Source: Phycisphaerae bacterium (GTDB taxonomy: Bacteria > Planctomycetota > Phycisphaerae > UBA1845). From it: a stretch of 64,000 nt of DNA. The notes beneath the pieces were generated by a model that saw only the letters and a list, made by a program, of their open reading frames with translations, was not told where the DNA came from and did no database searches. The translations under genes and the position numbers were made by a program. The DNA lies in the NCBI GenBank assembly GCA_963666835.2, contig CAXXGO010000001.1, positions 1,632,001 through 1,696,000 of the forward strand. Reading direction: 5' to 3'. This document shows positions 49,601-57,532 of this stretch, piece after piece. Position 1 is the stretch's first letter; each line of letters opens with the position of its first letter.

Positions 49601-50822
49601 GCTCGCTCGGGCCGCCCGGGGCGAACGGGCCACCGAACGAACCTGAGAACGTAAACGTCACGTCCTCATCCGGTTCCACCAAAGGCGCCAAGCCGGGATC
49701 GGATTGGACTATTCTCAGTCCCGCCCATTTCGGAGTCGATTGCGGAAGATCCGGCGTAACTGACGTGTTCTGAAGAAACACGTTGTTCCAGCCGCCGCCG
49801 CGATACCAGCGATCCGCCTGGCTGCCGAGGTGTCCCTGCATCCACTCCCAGGCGTTGCCGGCCAGATCATAAACGCCGTAGTAGTTCTCGTTGGCATTAG
49901 TGGCGAACGCGATGGAACCGGGGAAGAAGTAGTCGGCCGGATAGCTCGTCCCATCGAACAGCCCGACCGGTGTGGTCTGCCCGTTGGCGGCGCAGTTGTC
50001 CGGATCGTCGAACGGATCGTTGCTGCAACGGTAGTTCGCGTCGAAGTTGGTCAGGACCTCGCGACCGAACCCATACTCGTGATGTCCGCCGGCGCCTCCG
50101 TTCGCGTCCGGGTCCCACGCGGCGACTTTGTACCACTCGTTGTACGGTCCTTCGTAGATATCCGCCGTGTGCATCGGCAGACGGTATCCGAGATAGTCCC
50201 CGTTGAGCTCGTCGCGTTCGCCGGCGGAAAGATCGCGCAAACTCCACGCCGAATCGGTAATGGTAGCCGGATGCCAGCCGCCCAGGTTTGTGCTGACGTC
50301 CTCCTTGTAGCAGCGATGTTCCGCGGGGATCCCGTGCTGGATCGTCAACCAGTTACAGAATTTCAAAGCCCCGTACCAGCTCATGCCGGTCACCGGATGA
50401 CTGCCGTAGTCGATCCCGTCCCGTATCGCCACCTGATAGGTACCGTCGACGAACTCGATCTGGTCGGCGGAGGTCGGGGAGAACATCTTGGTGGTCAAAG
50501 CTCCCGGCCCGGCCCCAGATCCGCCGGTCTTGTTGGTGTTGATGTAGACATTCCCCGTCTGCGTATCGAAGTACATGTACTGCCCGCGCTCGTTGCCCGG
50601 GTTATCGAGGGCGTCGTTCAGGAAGATCACGAATTGGTCGTTGCGGACCTCGAACCGGCTGATCCGGAAGTCATACGTCGGGCCGCCCGACAACGTGTCG
50701 CCGTCAATTGCGACGAAGTCGAGCAACAGCGGGTCAGCGCCGAAGGCGGGGCCGGCCAACGACGCCAAGGTCAATATCGCCAAGCACGCTGTTGCGGTTA
50801 GCTTGCCGAGAAACCTGTCCAT
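43647..50822 (-). CDS. Giant secreted protein with four FGE-sulfatase (SUMF1/CLec-fold)-like domains, Ig/BACON-like repeats and a C-terminal dockerin-like motif
   Basis: GGAGG RBS, ATG 50822 and signal peptide. Four copies of (E/P)..N..F..FLN / (P/A)V.G.SW.GA.K.CNWL / G.RLPM..EWYK.A.W / YG.YD..GN..EW / RGG.W / G(F/L)R. C-terminal GDLDGDVDQTDF..DFNKDGDVDLPDF. Confidence 0.88.
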   Translation of the reverse strand: MDRFLGKLTATACLAILTLASLAGPAFGADPLLLDFVAIDGDTLSGGPTYDFRISRFEVRNDQFVIFLNDALDNPGNERGQYMYFDTQTGNVYINTNKTGGSGAGPGALTTKMFSPTSADQIEFVDGTYQVAIRDGIDYGSHPVTGMSWYGALKFCNWLTIQHGIPAEHRCYKEDVSTNLGGWHPATITDSAWSLRDLSAGERDELNGDYLGYRLPMHTADIYEGPYNEWYKVAAWDPDANGGAGGHHEYGFGREVLTNFDANYRCSNDPFDDPDNCAANGQTTPVGLFDGTSYPADYFFPGSIAFATNANENYYGVYDLAGNAWEWMQGHLGSQADRWYRGGGWNNVFLQNTSVTPDLPQSTPKWAGLRIVQSDPGLAPLVEPDEDVTFTFSGSFGGPFAPGGPSELTITSRSPDAFEWEVSSNVGWVDCDGDLTAGGTLAPFESVVVTVTLNDNATTLALGDHTATLYVKRNSATITTRQVAAEVTGVLWVEPTDGLASSGPAGGPFFPDAKVYTITNNSDSLLDWRATATEDWVLINGGVMAEGTIAPTLSTDIAVTLSTPGINALPIGEIHSAYVEFRDLATGASTNRPVLVTVGLAPLTIDMAIVRADDPQPGGPEHSFRIGVHEIRNTEFLAFLNDAYLNPGDWRGHWMYHDTDSGNVYLHSAETGAEGTEGNGTLLFDAADGGQIYFDAGQYWVLADTEDDAVTGVSWYGAAKFCNWLTVRQGMLPSQRVYTEGAVPEDWHPTTISAADWAVRDLNDTEREDLRALAGFRLPMDGGVESESVYSEWYKAAAWVHQTPPVDLVGDSEDATSDGEASCDPQESAADLWWTYTPDMAGTLSLTLTFDPLSRHLISVHDGCPGSACNDIVCSVTGSAEVEVTAGVTYWIRVATRTTTSGPFTLSIDGPGCADGVAAAQDACGDAQPVCPGEIGRNVVYGFGRDVMEGADANYWDSGDEFDNDVSPVGWFDGANLLADGTTRTRNTANQYGLYDMCGNVSEWMQDHGTSSAVRATRGGNWQSLAQDLLLTNSARHSDYPGSTRAFTGFRIVQAQSSTSIDVAPEKTLTVRGPVGGPYTFDSAEPVYTLSTTGTELANEFTAEVDVDWLTLNADGQTVEGLVPPDASVEVVASINDAADALRAPAAPIVDMSTVPGGDEQPGGPGYSFRVARFETTNAEFVDFLNDAMANPANARGHYVYVDTDTGDVYLNDTETGERGSGPGSLTAVLFATADSQHLVYDEETAAFAAEEDFNRHPVTGVSWFGAVKYCNWLSLEAGLDVTQRAYTEGPNVGDWHPVTISTCDWWGTDDTTTYLTPRAAARDLNDDERWDLVCNYAGYRLPMDQGTETSAAFNEWYKAATWDDRPPADPVNHTYGFGRNGPITDQDANFDSSGDPFEPGSTPVGFYDGTHYNDGSGDVIGDGTDFETNADDNAYGLYDMTGNVAEWVQDVRPDLDDHPTERGVRGGHWSHPPADAALRADHAETLPADTTSPDLGFRVVQAKLDHIATIEFADVTTEETTECEIRLLLSEPLSVAPAEGFDADGMYGGPFTNAFARYILTSTSATAMDWSATVTQTGARWLNINDAASDTGQLTAEAEAIVDVETNAVATTRPPGDYTATVRFENVTTGFVETRSFTLSVAEPLDVDSPDGWEITTIWSVPVDPPLQTSIEAVNLSSTDLAYTVTSTAAWLDLNGGSSIAGVLEPYGDPDDTVTVIPETNDSIETLPVGEYSETIVFRNTTAGSSISREVNLTVKDPLSISPAEQEDSPDFEWTGNSGGPFAASGDDPVYEIENIGTPSIYYEISVTDADWLDVNGASSYADTLLPGFTGQITLSVNEDANLLDTGVHSTEVAFADLTSGHTEYRTVRLTVGGDLSVLPTDNVRVTGREGGPFTPAATEYTLTNIGQGETLDWTASTDPPVDWLAIEGQDQAGGTLTESESVQVLVSIRTDVAAVMDDGSYVALLKFDYGGDIAVERKITLTIVEPLVVTREVSILGSVEQPNGPTHSYVMGTFPTTNAEFAEFLNDAKSNLTSERGQYMYFDLNAGDVYVHDEITGAEGTSPSTNALMFDASKSRIQYAGGSFAPEGGFADHPVVGVSWYGATKYCNWLTLDQGMSPDDRCYTESDATDLGGWHSTAITSADWAVRDLDSTERADLVETCRGYRLPMDDHALTASPYNEWYKAAAWDVGANDGWGANHVYGFGRDAIVGGADANFRCSDDPFEDAIDCTIGGTTPVGFYDGTNTLSDGTTTTADANAFGLYDITGNVYEWIQDRVSNSGHLANRVLRGGGWNVAIDHIGLRTDSRTHTAATLTDVQIGFRILRTLEPATGDGDLDGDVDQTDFHQLTEHWNGPGIGGSSKSATFDFNKDGDVDLPDFAAFQIAFTGSN

Positions 50823-50958
50823 GAATCGAGCCTCCATGCCCGTTGCGGGGTGGCAAGTTCCGGTTGCCTCGGCCGCCGTTGCGCGGTTCCGTTCCCTGTA
50901 GACTTCTGCTTTGTCACGCGTAGAGGTTCTGGTCCAATCCGCATTGTGTCCCGTCCCT

Positions 50959-50985
50959 GCACTGCTCAAGAACAGTGGCACACCC
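50959..50985 (-). repeat. Short REP-like palindrome (second copy at 56413-56435, + strand)
   Basis: GTGCCACTGTTCTTGAGCAGTGC versus GTGCCACTGCTCTTGAGCAGTGC. Confidence 0.6.
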
Positions 50986-51147
50986 GAACACCCAGGCGTG
51001 ACGCCCCGCTGGCCGGCAGCGCATACCACCCCCGTACCACCATGTAGGCCATTATCGGCTGTTTCCCCCAAAACCGCCCACGGGATTTACCAACGTAGCG
51101 GTAGAGGAAGCGGTACCGGAAAGCACCGAGGGTTTCCAGCCAGCCCC

Positions 51148-51290
51148 CGTAGCGCAGGCTTCCAGCCTGCTGGGCGGACGATGGACTAACGACGTGAGAA
51201 TGAAGACAAGATGTCTGCGCTACGACCGACGATGCAGCCGACCATGTAGACAAGATGTCTGCGTTACGTAACGCAGGCTTCCAGCTTGCC
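51148..51290. repeat. REP/REPIN cluster (GTAG/GTAA-CGCAGGCTTCCAGCCTGC family)
   Basis: CGTAGCGCAGGCTTCCAGCCTGC...AGACAAGATGTCTGCGCTACG doublet plus two further arms; related copies at 36274-36296 and 56297-56399. Confidence 0.85.
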
Positions 51291-51350
51291 TCCTTTGGAA
51301 CAACCTCTTCGTCAGGGCGAACATCCTGAGCGACCCTCCCGCAATCGACC

Positions 51351-52220
51351 CTAGAAGCCGTATCCTATGTTGCCTCGAAGGAACACCACTCCGTTAAACA
51401 CCGCATGGATGCCGGCCGCGGTGACAATGGCTGCGGACGCTCGGGACAACCGCGGCGGACGGTTCTCTTCGATTGCCGCTGCCCACACCGCCACCAGCCC
51501 CCGCGTCGCAATACACGTGCAGATGCCGCTAAGGGCGATCGCCCCGGTCCACCGCCACGCAAACACCTCCAGTGGTGATGTTCTGAAGTAGATGAAGAGA
51601 TGGACGAGGTTCTGGCACACCGCGAAAAGCACCGCGGTGGCCAGGGTCATGATGTAGATCTGCGCGGAATTCCTAATAAGGTGGACCCGCCGCTCGATTA
51701 ATATCAACGCTCCGACGACCTTGCCCAACTCCGCCAGAAGCGGTCCAAGCAAAACGAAATTGTGGATCCCCAGCAACTCCACCATGAAGAACGCGGATGC
51801 GACGGCCAGGGGGAGGCTTATCAGGGGGATCGCGGCCGTGAGCAGCCAACCGCGGTTGGTCGGCCGCCTCGAATCACGTTGGGCGAGCCATTCGGCATAG
51901 GTCACCTCGCCTTCCCGAGGCGGCTCATAGCGCTCGACCTTCCCGCATTCCGGACAGGGGTGTTCGGTCATCAAACCGCGCAGATTGTAACCGCAGTTTC
52001 GGCAGCTCCAGTCGCGTTCGATCAGCGCCGGAGGCCGGTTGGGTAGGCTGATCGGCTCGTCAAAAACCGAATGCCGTGCCCGCTCCTCGTCGGCATCGGT
52101 GGACATTCTCTCGTTCCGAAGTCCAGGTTCGACTTTCTGCTCGGCCTCGTCCGGTATGAACGGCTCTCCCCGGTGATGCGGCTCTCCGCGGATTGACGGA
52201 TCGTGGTCGGGATCGGTCAC
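51351..52220 (-). CDS. Zinc-ribbon protein with a degenerate PrsW-like intramembrane domain
   Basis: CRNCGYNLRGLMTEHPCPECG; TM region GPLLAELGK, FAVCQNL, IHAVFN resembles the PrsW motifs EExxK, FxxxEN, HxxxN. Confidence 0.7.
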   Translation of the reverse strand: MTDPDHDPSIRGEPHHRGEPFIPDEAEQKVEPGLRNERMSTDADEERARHSVFDEPISLPNRPPALIERDWSCRNCGYNLRGLMTEHPCPECGKVERYEPPREGEVTYAEWLAQRDSRRPTNRGWLLTAAIPLISLPLAVASAFFMVELLGIHNFVLLGPLLAELGKVVGALILIERRVHLIRNSAQIYIMTLATAVLFAVCQNLVHLFIYFRTSPLEVFAWRWTGAIALSGICTCIATRGLVAVWAAAIEENRPPRLSRASAAIVTAAGIHAVFNGVVFLRGNIGYGF

Positions 52221-52717
52221 GAGGATGCTCGGTTCGTACTCGGCACGAACACGGCTGTACCGTACGCGTACACTTCCACCATAGCCGCGCGGTGACTACG
52301 CCGTCCCCCGGCTCCGCCGCTGCCGATGTTGCTACTGGCCAGCCGTACGTTGGCGACGTGGTTCGCCCCCATCGCCTTCGCCGATTCCATCATTCGGACC
52401 AATGCTTCCCGGCGAGCGCGTTCCATAAGCGTCTCATAGGTGCGCAGATCTCCGCCGATCATCTTCCGCAGACCAGCCGCGAACGTCTTGAAGTAGTCAG
52501 ACGCGATGACGACCTCTCCGGTAACGAGGCCGATGGAGGCGGTCTCGCATCCGACAGGAAAAGTCCGCAGGTCGGTGACCATGACGTCGCGCACGGCCTC
52601 TTCGCGGACCTTGAGCTGTCGAGAGTGAGCCCGCTCCACGAAGCCGCCGATTGAGAATCCGAGGATGATCAGCACCACGAACGGGAGGATCTGGATCCAG
52701 AATTGGAGTCCCATCAC
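52217..52717 (-). CDS. YbjQ/UPF0145 family protein with N-terminal TM helix
   Basis: LVTGEVVIASDYFKTFAAGLRKMIGG...YETLMERARREALVRM...GANHVANVR...YAYGTAV. Confidence 0.88.
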   Translation of the reverse strand: MMGLQFWIQILPFVVLIILGFSIGGFVERAHSRQLKVREEAVRDVMVTDLRTFPVGCETASIGLVTGEVVIASDYFKTFAAGLRKMIGGDLRTYETLMERARREALVRMMESAKAMGANHVANVRLASSNIGSGGAGGRRSHRAAMVEVYAYGTAVFVPSTNRASS

Positions 52718-52719
52718 CG

Positions 52720-53043
52720 TTATCCTTCCGGCTCGGCGACCACGGCGGTGCCGTAGGCATACAGCTCGGCCGCGCCCTGGGTGATTGTGCTGGTAGTGAA
52801 CCGCACGTTGACCACGGCATTGCCCCCAAGCTGCTCGGCCTGGGCCAGCATGCGTTCCAGCGCCTGCCGCCGGGCTTCGATGAGCAGCTCCGTGTAGCCC
52901 TTGAGTTCCCCGCCGACGAGGTTCTTGAGATTCGCCACGAAATCGCGACCGAGGTGCTTCGCCCGAATGGTGTTCCCCTGTACCAGCCCCTTCACTTCCC
53001 GTATGGCGTATCCGGGGATGGTCTCCGTATTGACCACAATCAT
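52720..53043 (-). CDS. YbjQ/UPF0145 family protein
   Basis: MIVVNTETIPGY.I..VKGLVQGNTIRAKHLGRDF.A.LKNLVGGELKGYTELL..AR..A...YAYGTAV; start set at ATG 53043. Confidence 0.92.
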   Translation of the reverse strand: MIVVNTETIPGYAIREVKGLVQGNTIRAKHLGRDFVANLKNLVGGELKGYTELLIEARRQALERMLAQAEQLGGNAVVNVRFTTSTITQGAAELYAYGTAVVAEPEG

Positions 53044-53206
53044 CTGATTCTCCTGGCTATGCGCATTTGTGCGAACGTCGCGAATAATACAGACTTGCCC
53101 GAATGGCTGAAAGACCGTAGTCGTGGGCAAACGCAACGCCTTCCACGGTTTCGGGCTCTATTAAACGGACCTTCCGGGAAATTCTCCGTTTTTCTGCCCC
53201 ATCAAC

Positions 53207-53247
53207 TTGACTCGGGGGGCTATTCATGGTAATATTGCCATATAGCC
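53207..53247 (+). promoter_or_regulatory. ars operon promoter with overlapping inverted repeat (likely ArsR operator)
   Basis: TTGACT-N17-TAATAT (TG-extended -10); imperfect palindrome GGCTATtcATGGtAATATTgCCATATAGCC over the -10, ending at the arsR ATG. Confidence 0.7.
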
Positions 53248-53571
53248 ATGAATGCGAGACCTCGAAAACTCTACGAAGCCCGGGCCAAGGTGGCTAAGGC
53301 GCTCGCTCACCCCAGCCGCTTGCTCATGCTCGATGCGCTCGCCGAAAGGGACATGTGCGTCTGCGAGCTGACCGAACTGGTCGGGGCGGATCAGTCGACG
53401 GTGTCCAAGCACCTGGCGGTTCTGAAAAACGTCGGAATTGTCGACGACCGCAAAGAGGGCGTGATGACCTTCTACCGGCTGAAGATGTGCTGCGTGCAGG
53501 GGATCTGGTCGTGCATCGAGGCGGCCCTCAAGGAGCACGTCAAGGAACAGGGGGCGGCGATCGGCAGTTGA
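53248..53571 (+). CDS. arsR: ArsR/SmtB family metalloregulator
   Basis: KALAHPSRL..LDAL...MCVCEL...QSTVSKHLAVLK..GIV; additional CC..C at the C-terminus. Confidence 0.9.
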   Translation: MNARPRKLYEARAKVAKALAHPSRLLMLDALAERDMCVCELTELVGADQSTVSKHLAVLKNVGIVDDRKEGVMTFYRLKMCCVQGIWSCIEAALKEHVKEQGAAIGS

Positions 53572-53594
53572 TTGCCGGTGCTTGGGGTACCACG

Positions 53595-54800
53595 ATGGGC
53601 GAAACGACCTCTACGACAAACCACCGCCTCCGGCAAGCCGGCATCCTGGCGATTATGGTCGTCGTGTTCGCCGCGGCCTATTTCCTCCCGTTCGCAAAGG
53701 TGGAGGCGAGTTCGCGATTCGGCCTTGCCGGACGCGAGGCACTGCTCATGTTGCAGGACTATGCCCGTGAGCATGTCCTGCTCTGCCTGGTGCCGGCGCT
53801 GTTCATCGCCGGAGCGATATCCGTCTTCATCTCGCAAGCCGCGGTGATGAAGTACTTCGGGGCCCAAGCCCGCCGGGTGGTTGCTTACGGGGTGGCGTCC
53901 GTCTCGGGAACCGTCCTGGCCGCGTGCTCGTGTACGGTTCTTCCGCTATTCGCCGGTATCTACACGCGCGGAGCGGGAATCGGGCCGGCCACGGCGTTTC
54001 TGTATGCCGGTCCGGCAATCAACGTCCTGGCGATCATCCTGACAGCGAGGGTGCTGGGTTGGCAGCTTGGCCTCGCCCGGGCTGTCGGGGCGATAGTGTT
54101 CAGCGTCGTAATCGGGCTGACCATGCAACTGATCTACCGGCGAGAGGAACGCGCCCGAGAGACCGGCGGGATGGTCCTGCCCCAGGACCACAATAGTCGG
54201 GCATTGTGGCAGAACGCCCTGTACTTCGCGGCCATGATCGGCGTTCTCGTGTTTGCCAACTGGGGCAAACTGGGGGAGAGCGGCTTCGCTTATGCGATCT
54301 GGTCGGCCAAGTGGATCATCACAGGCGTCTTCGTCTTGGCACTGGCGATCATGCTCATGCTCTGGTTTCGCGGGCCTGAGCTTGGCGAGTGGGTTGGCAG
54401 CACCTGGCTGTTTGCCAAGCAGATTCTCCCGCTTCTGTTCGTTGGTGTTCTCGTGGCGGGGGTGTTGCTGGGGCGTCCCGGACATCCCGCTTTGATTCCC
54501 GAAGAGTGGATTGCGCGCTCAGTGGGGGGCAACGGTTTTGGGGCGAATCTGTTCGCGTCGGCCGCGGGGGCGTTGATGTACTTTGCCACGCTGACCGAGG
54601 TGCCGATTCTGGAGGGTCTGATCGGAGCGGGGATGGGGGACGGTCCGGCGCTGTCGCTATTGCTGGCCGGTCCGGCGCTGTCGCTGCCGAATATGCTGGT
54701 GATTCGCTCGGTGATGGGCACGCGGAAGACCCTTGTCTACGTGATGCTGGTGGTCGTTCTGTCCACGTTTGCAGGTATGATCTACGGGACGTTGGTTTGA
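53595..54800 (+). CDS. ArsP/DUF318-family permease
   Basis: EHVLLCLVPALFIAGAI, LAACSCTVLPLFAGIY.RGAG.GPA.AFLY.GPAINVLA, MYFATLTEVPIL, LLAGPALSLPNM; start set at ATG 53595. Confidence 0.88.
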   Translation: MGETTSTTNHRLRQAGILAIMVVVFAAAYFLPFAKVEASSRFGLAGREALLMLQDYAREHVLLCLVPALFIAGAISVFISQAAVMKYFGAQARRVVAYGVASVSGTVLAACSCTVLPLFAGIYTRGAGIGPATAFLYAGPAINVLAIILTARVLGWQLGLARAVGAIVFSVVIGLTMQLIYRREERARETGGMVLPQDHNSRALWQNALYFAAMIGVLVFANWGKLGESGFAYAIWSAKWIITGVFVLALAIMLMLWFRGPELGEWVGSTWLFAKQILPLLFVGVLVAGVLLGRPGHPALIPEEWIARSVGGNGFGANLFASAAGALMYFATLTEVPILEGLIGAGMGDGPALSLLLAGPALSLPNMLVIRSVMGTRKTLVYVMLVVVLSTFAGMIYGTLV

Positions 54801-54812
54801 AGGAGGAGTGCG

Positions 54813-55043
54813 GTGGAGATTAAGGTGCTGGGAACCGGCTGTGCCAAATGCGAGTCGCTTGCGGCGAACGCCGCGGCCGCAGTGGGCCGGTTGGGTTTGG
54901 ACTGTCAAGTACAGAAGGTAAACGACATTACGGAGATCATGGCGATGGGTGTCATGATGACCCCGGCTCTGGTCGTTGACAACGAGGTGAAAGCGAGCGG
55001 AAAGGTGCCGTCGGTAGACGAGATCGTGACGATGATTTCGTGA
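54813..55043 (+). CDS. Small thioredoxin-like redox-active disulfide protein (MTH895/ArsE-like)
   Basis: IKVLGTGCAKC...GVMMTPALVVD.EVK.SGKVPS..EI. Confidence 0.9.
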   Translation: MEIKVLGTGCAKCESLAANAAAAVGRLGLDCQVQKVNDITEIMAMGVMMTPALVVDNEVKASGKVPSVDEIVTMIS

Positions 55044-55074
55044 CGGATTAGTGGCACCAAGGAGCGTTGATGTT

Positions 55075-55599
55075 ATGAAAGCCAAGCAGATTGTCTCGGT
55101 CGTTCTGTTGCTGTTTGTAGTGGCGAGTGTGGTGTTGCTCGTCGTCGGCGAGACCCGCGCCCCGTCAAAGCCGCCGGAGGGAGCTTCCGCCTTGCCGACA
55201 AACGCTTCGGAGGAGGTTGACCAAGCCACGACTTCCAAGACGGAATCGGCCGAGCCCGCTCGCAAGACGATTGCCTACTACTTCCACAGCACCGCCAGGT
55301 GCAAGACGTGTTTGACCATCGAGGCCTATGCGCAAGAGGCTCTGGCCGTGGCGTTCCCCGAGGAGCTGGAGTCGGGGCGGCTCGAGTGGCGCGCGGTTGA
55401 CACCGATGAGCCGGAGAACGAGCACTTTATCAGTGACTACGAGCTAACCGCGAGTTCGCTCGTGCTGGTCGATTTTATCGACGGGAAGCAGGTCGCTTTC
55501 AGAATCCTGGACGACGTGTGGACTTTGGTTGATGACGAACTGAAGTTCAAAGCCTACGTCGAAGGCGAGGCTCTTGCCTATCTGGGGAGCGGCGACTGA
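55075..55599 (+). CDS. ArsF-like membrane-anchored thioredoxin-fold protein
   Basis: N-terminal TM, YYFHSTARCKTCLTIE, VDTDEPENEHF...YEL...SLVLV. Confidence 0.75.
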   Translation: MKAKQIVSVVLLLFVVASVVLLVVGETRAPSKPPEGASALPTNASEEVDQATTSKTESAEPARKTIAYYFHSTARCKTCLTIEAYAQEALAVAFPEELESGRLEWRAVDTDEPENEHFISDYELTASSLVLVDFIDGKQVAFRILDDVWTLVDDELKFKAYVEGEALAYLGSGD

Positions 55600-56288
55600 T
55601 GGGTCAGATGCTCGCTGGAATGCTCGGAGCCGTCTGGCTCGGAGTGCTTACTTCCATCGCGCCGTGCCCGCTGGCGACGAATATCGCCGCGATCTCGTTC
55701 ATCGGTCGGCGGGTGGGTAGCCCCCGCGCCGCCGTGATGACGGGGTTGCTCTACACGATCGGCCGAACGGTCGTGTATGTGGCACTTGGGGCGATTCTGG
55801 TGTACAGCATCCTGGCCGCGTCGGATGTGTCCTTCTTCCTCCGGAAGTACATGAACAAGGTTCTGGGCCCGGTGCTTATCCTGGTGGGGATGCTGCTGCT
55901 GGACCTGATCCGGATCCGCACCTCCGGAACCGGAGTCAGCGAGAAGATGAGCAAGCGCGTCGAGGCGTGGGGCGTGTGGGGCGGGTTCCCCTTGGGCGTT
56001 GTGTTCGCTCTTGCCTTCTGTCCGGGGTCCGCCGCGCTGTTCTTCGGCAGCTTTCTGCCGCTTGCCCTGAAGTACGAATCCGGCTTCGTTCTGCCGGCAC
56101 TATACGGACTGGGCACGGCCCTGCCCGTGGTGATGTTCGCGGTGTTGATCGTGTTCTCCACGCAGGCGGTTGGCCGGGCGTACAACCGCATCACTCAGTT
56201 CGAACGGTGGGCCCGCCGCATCACCGGCGTAGTCTTCATCGGCCTCGGCGTCTACTTCTGTCTGGTCTACATCTTCCGCGTACTCTGA
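55599..56288 (+). CDS. ArsG-like / CcdA-DsbD-family membrane protein
   Basis: LGVLTSIAPCPLATNIAAISFI, LLYTIGR, FALAFCPGSAALFFG, YGLGTALPV. Confidence 0.8.
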   Translation: MGQMLAGMLGAVWLGVLTSIAPCPLATNIAAISFIGRRVGSPRAAVMTGLLYTIGRTVVYVALGAILVYSILAASDVSFFLRKYMNKVLGPVLILVGMLLLDLIRIRTSGTGVSEKMSKRVEAWGVWGGFPLGVVFALAFCPGSAALFFGSFLPLALKYESGFVLPALYGLGTALPVVMFAVLIVFSTQAVGRAYNRITQFERWARRITGVVFIGLGVYFCLVYIFRVL

Positions 56289-56296
56289 TCTCGCCC

Positions 56297-56399
56297 CGTA
56301 ACGCAGACTTCCAGCCTGCCGCCGTAGCGCAGGCTTCGAGCCTGCTGGGCGGACGATGAACTAACGATGTGAGAATGCAGACAAGATGTCTGCGTTACG
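56297..56399. repeat. REP/REPIN cluster, near-identical to 51148-51224
   Basis: 56323-56399 aligns to 51148-51224 with 5 mismatches in 77 nt by eye; extra arm at 56297-56319. Confidence 0.85.
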
Positions 56400-56544
56400 T
56401 CGCGCAGCCCGCGTGCCACTGCTCTTGAGCAGTGCTGAATTCGCCGGCCCCCGGGGCACCGATCCACGTGGAACTCCCGCCTTCATCGAACCGACGACAG
56501 CAAGTGTCGACCAAGATGCGGGCGCATTCTCCCGAGCTGCGAAT

Positions 56545-56913
56545 CTACCGCTTAGTCTTCTTCGTCTTCTTCGCGGTCTTCTTGCAGCCGGCTCGTTTCG
56601 CGGGGACGGCCTCCTGAACCCAGCAACGCCCGCGGACCATGGTCGGAAACCCGATGGTCGGCGCCGCGAGCAAAGCCACCTGAAGCACTTCCTCCTTCGA
56701 GCACCCGGCTTCGATTGCGCGAGCGGTCTGAGAGTGTGTGGCGCCCTCCAACCCGGCGGCAATCCCGTAAGCGAGCTTAACCAACGCAACCGTGCGGGCG
56801 TCGAGCGGCCCCGCGTTGCGGGCGGCCTCACCCATCGCTTCGAGCGCGGCCATGAACTCCGGGTGAGCCTTCTGCAGATCCTGATAAGCCTTCGGTCGTG
56901 GTGCTTTCTTCAT
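56545..56913 (-). CDS. Carboxymuconolactone decarboxylase (CMD/AhpD-like) family protein
   Basis: AGPLDARTVALVKLA..IAAG.EGA.HSQ..RA..AG.S.EE..QVALLA.PTIGFP. Confidence 0.88.
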   Translation of the reverse strand: MKKAPRPKAYQDLQKAHPEFMAALEAMGEAARNAGPLDARTVALVKLAYGIAAGLEGATHSQTARAIEAGCSKEEVLQVALLAAPTIGFPTMVRGRCWVQEAVPAKRAGCKKTAKKTKKTKR

Positions 56914-57067
56914 ACTGCGAGTCCTTTCTCAAACATGTGTCCCGTTCCTTGTATCGCCGAATTATAGCGACCCGCGTCCACGTCGATAGGTGGCCCGTTC
57001 TCCAGACGGACGAACGCCGGGCGATCCTACGCCCGACCTGAAGACTGCGGGGACGTGTTCCTTACCT

Positions 57068-57532
57068 CAACCTGAAAGGCCGCCAGCCAGCTCATTCTTC
57101 AGGCTGAAAGCCTGCCAGATAGTAGCCGGGGGCCAGGCCCCAAAAACCCCGAGGCGGCCAAAGCTCGGTAGCAAGACTCCATGGCGATCCCACGCCCGGC
57201 CGGAAGACCGCGGGGGGGGCCTTCCTCAGCCTGAAAGGCTGCCAGATAGTAGACGGGGGCAAGGCCGCGGAGCGGCCGCCGCCCCCGGGAGCGGATTCCA
57301 ATAGTCCACACTGCCCTGAAAGGGCTGAAGAGCGGGCATCGTGAGACTGTGTTTCGGCCTCGGCTGCCCCGCCCTTCGCAGCACTTGCTGCAAGGTATGG
57401 CGGCGTTGTGACGCCCGATTGCCGGGGCTATTCGACCCATTCAGGGTCGTGACGGATGTCTGACCGTGTCCCGGGGGCGGCGTCCGCTTCGCGGACTAGC
57501 CCCCGGCTACTGTCTGTCAGCCCTGCGGGCTG
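57068..57532. repeat. Array of CCTGAAAGG-type palindromic elements forming a large nested inverted repeat
   Basis: 57227-57288 is an imperfect inverted copy of 57471-57532; inner CCCTGAAAGGGCTGAA (57314) pairs with TTCGACCCATTCAGGG (57431); partial units at 57068 and 57099. Confidence 0.8.

Noticed and set aside
43647..50822. Diversity-generating retroelement target (FGE/CLec domains ending in GFR)
   Set aside because: No reverse transcriptase and no template repeat differing only at adenines in the window; the four domain ends differ at all base types. A remote DGR cannot be excluded.
51052..51059. Sigma28 promoter (GCCGATAA, minus strand) upstream of the giant FGE gene
   Set aside because: No TAAA -35 at the ~15-nt spacing (nearest is 26 nt away).
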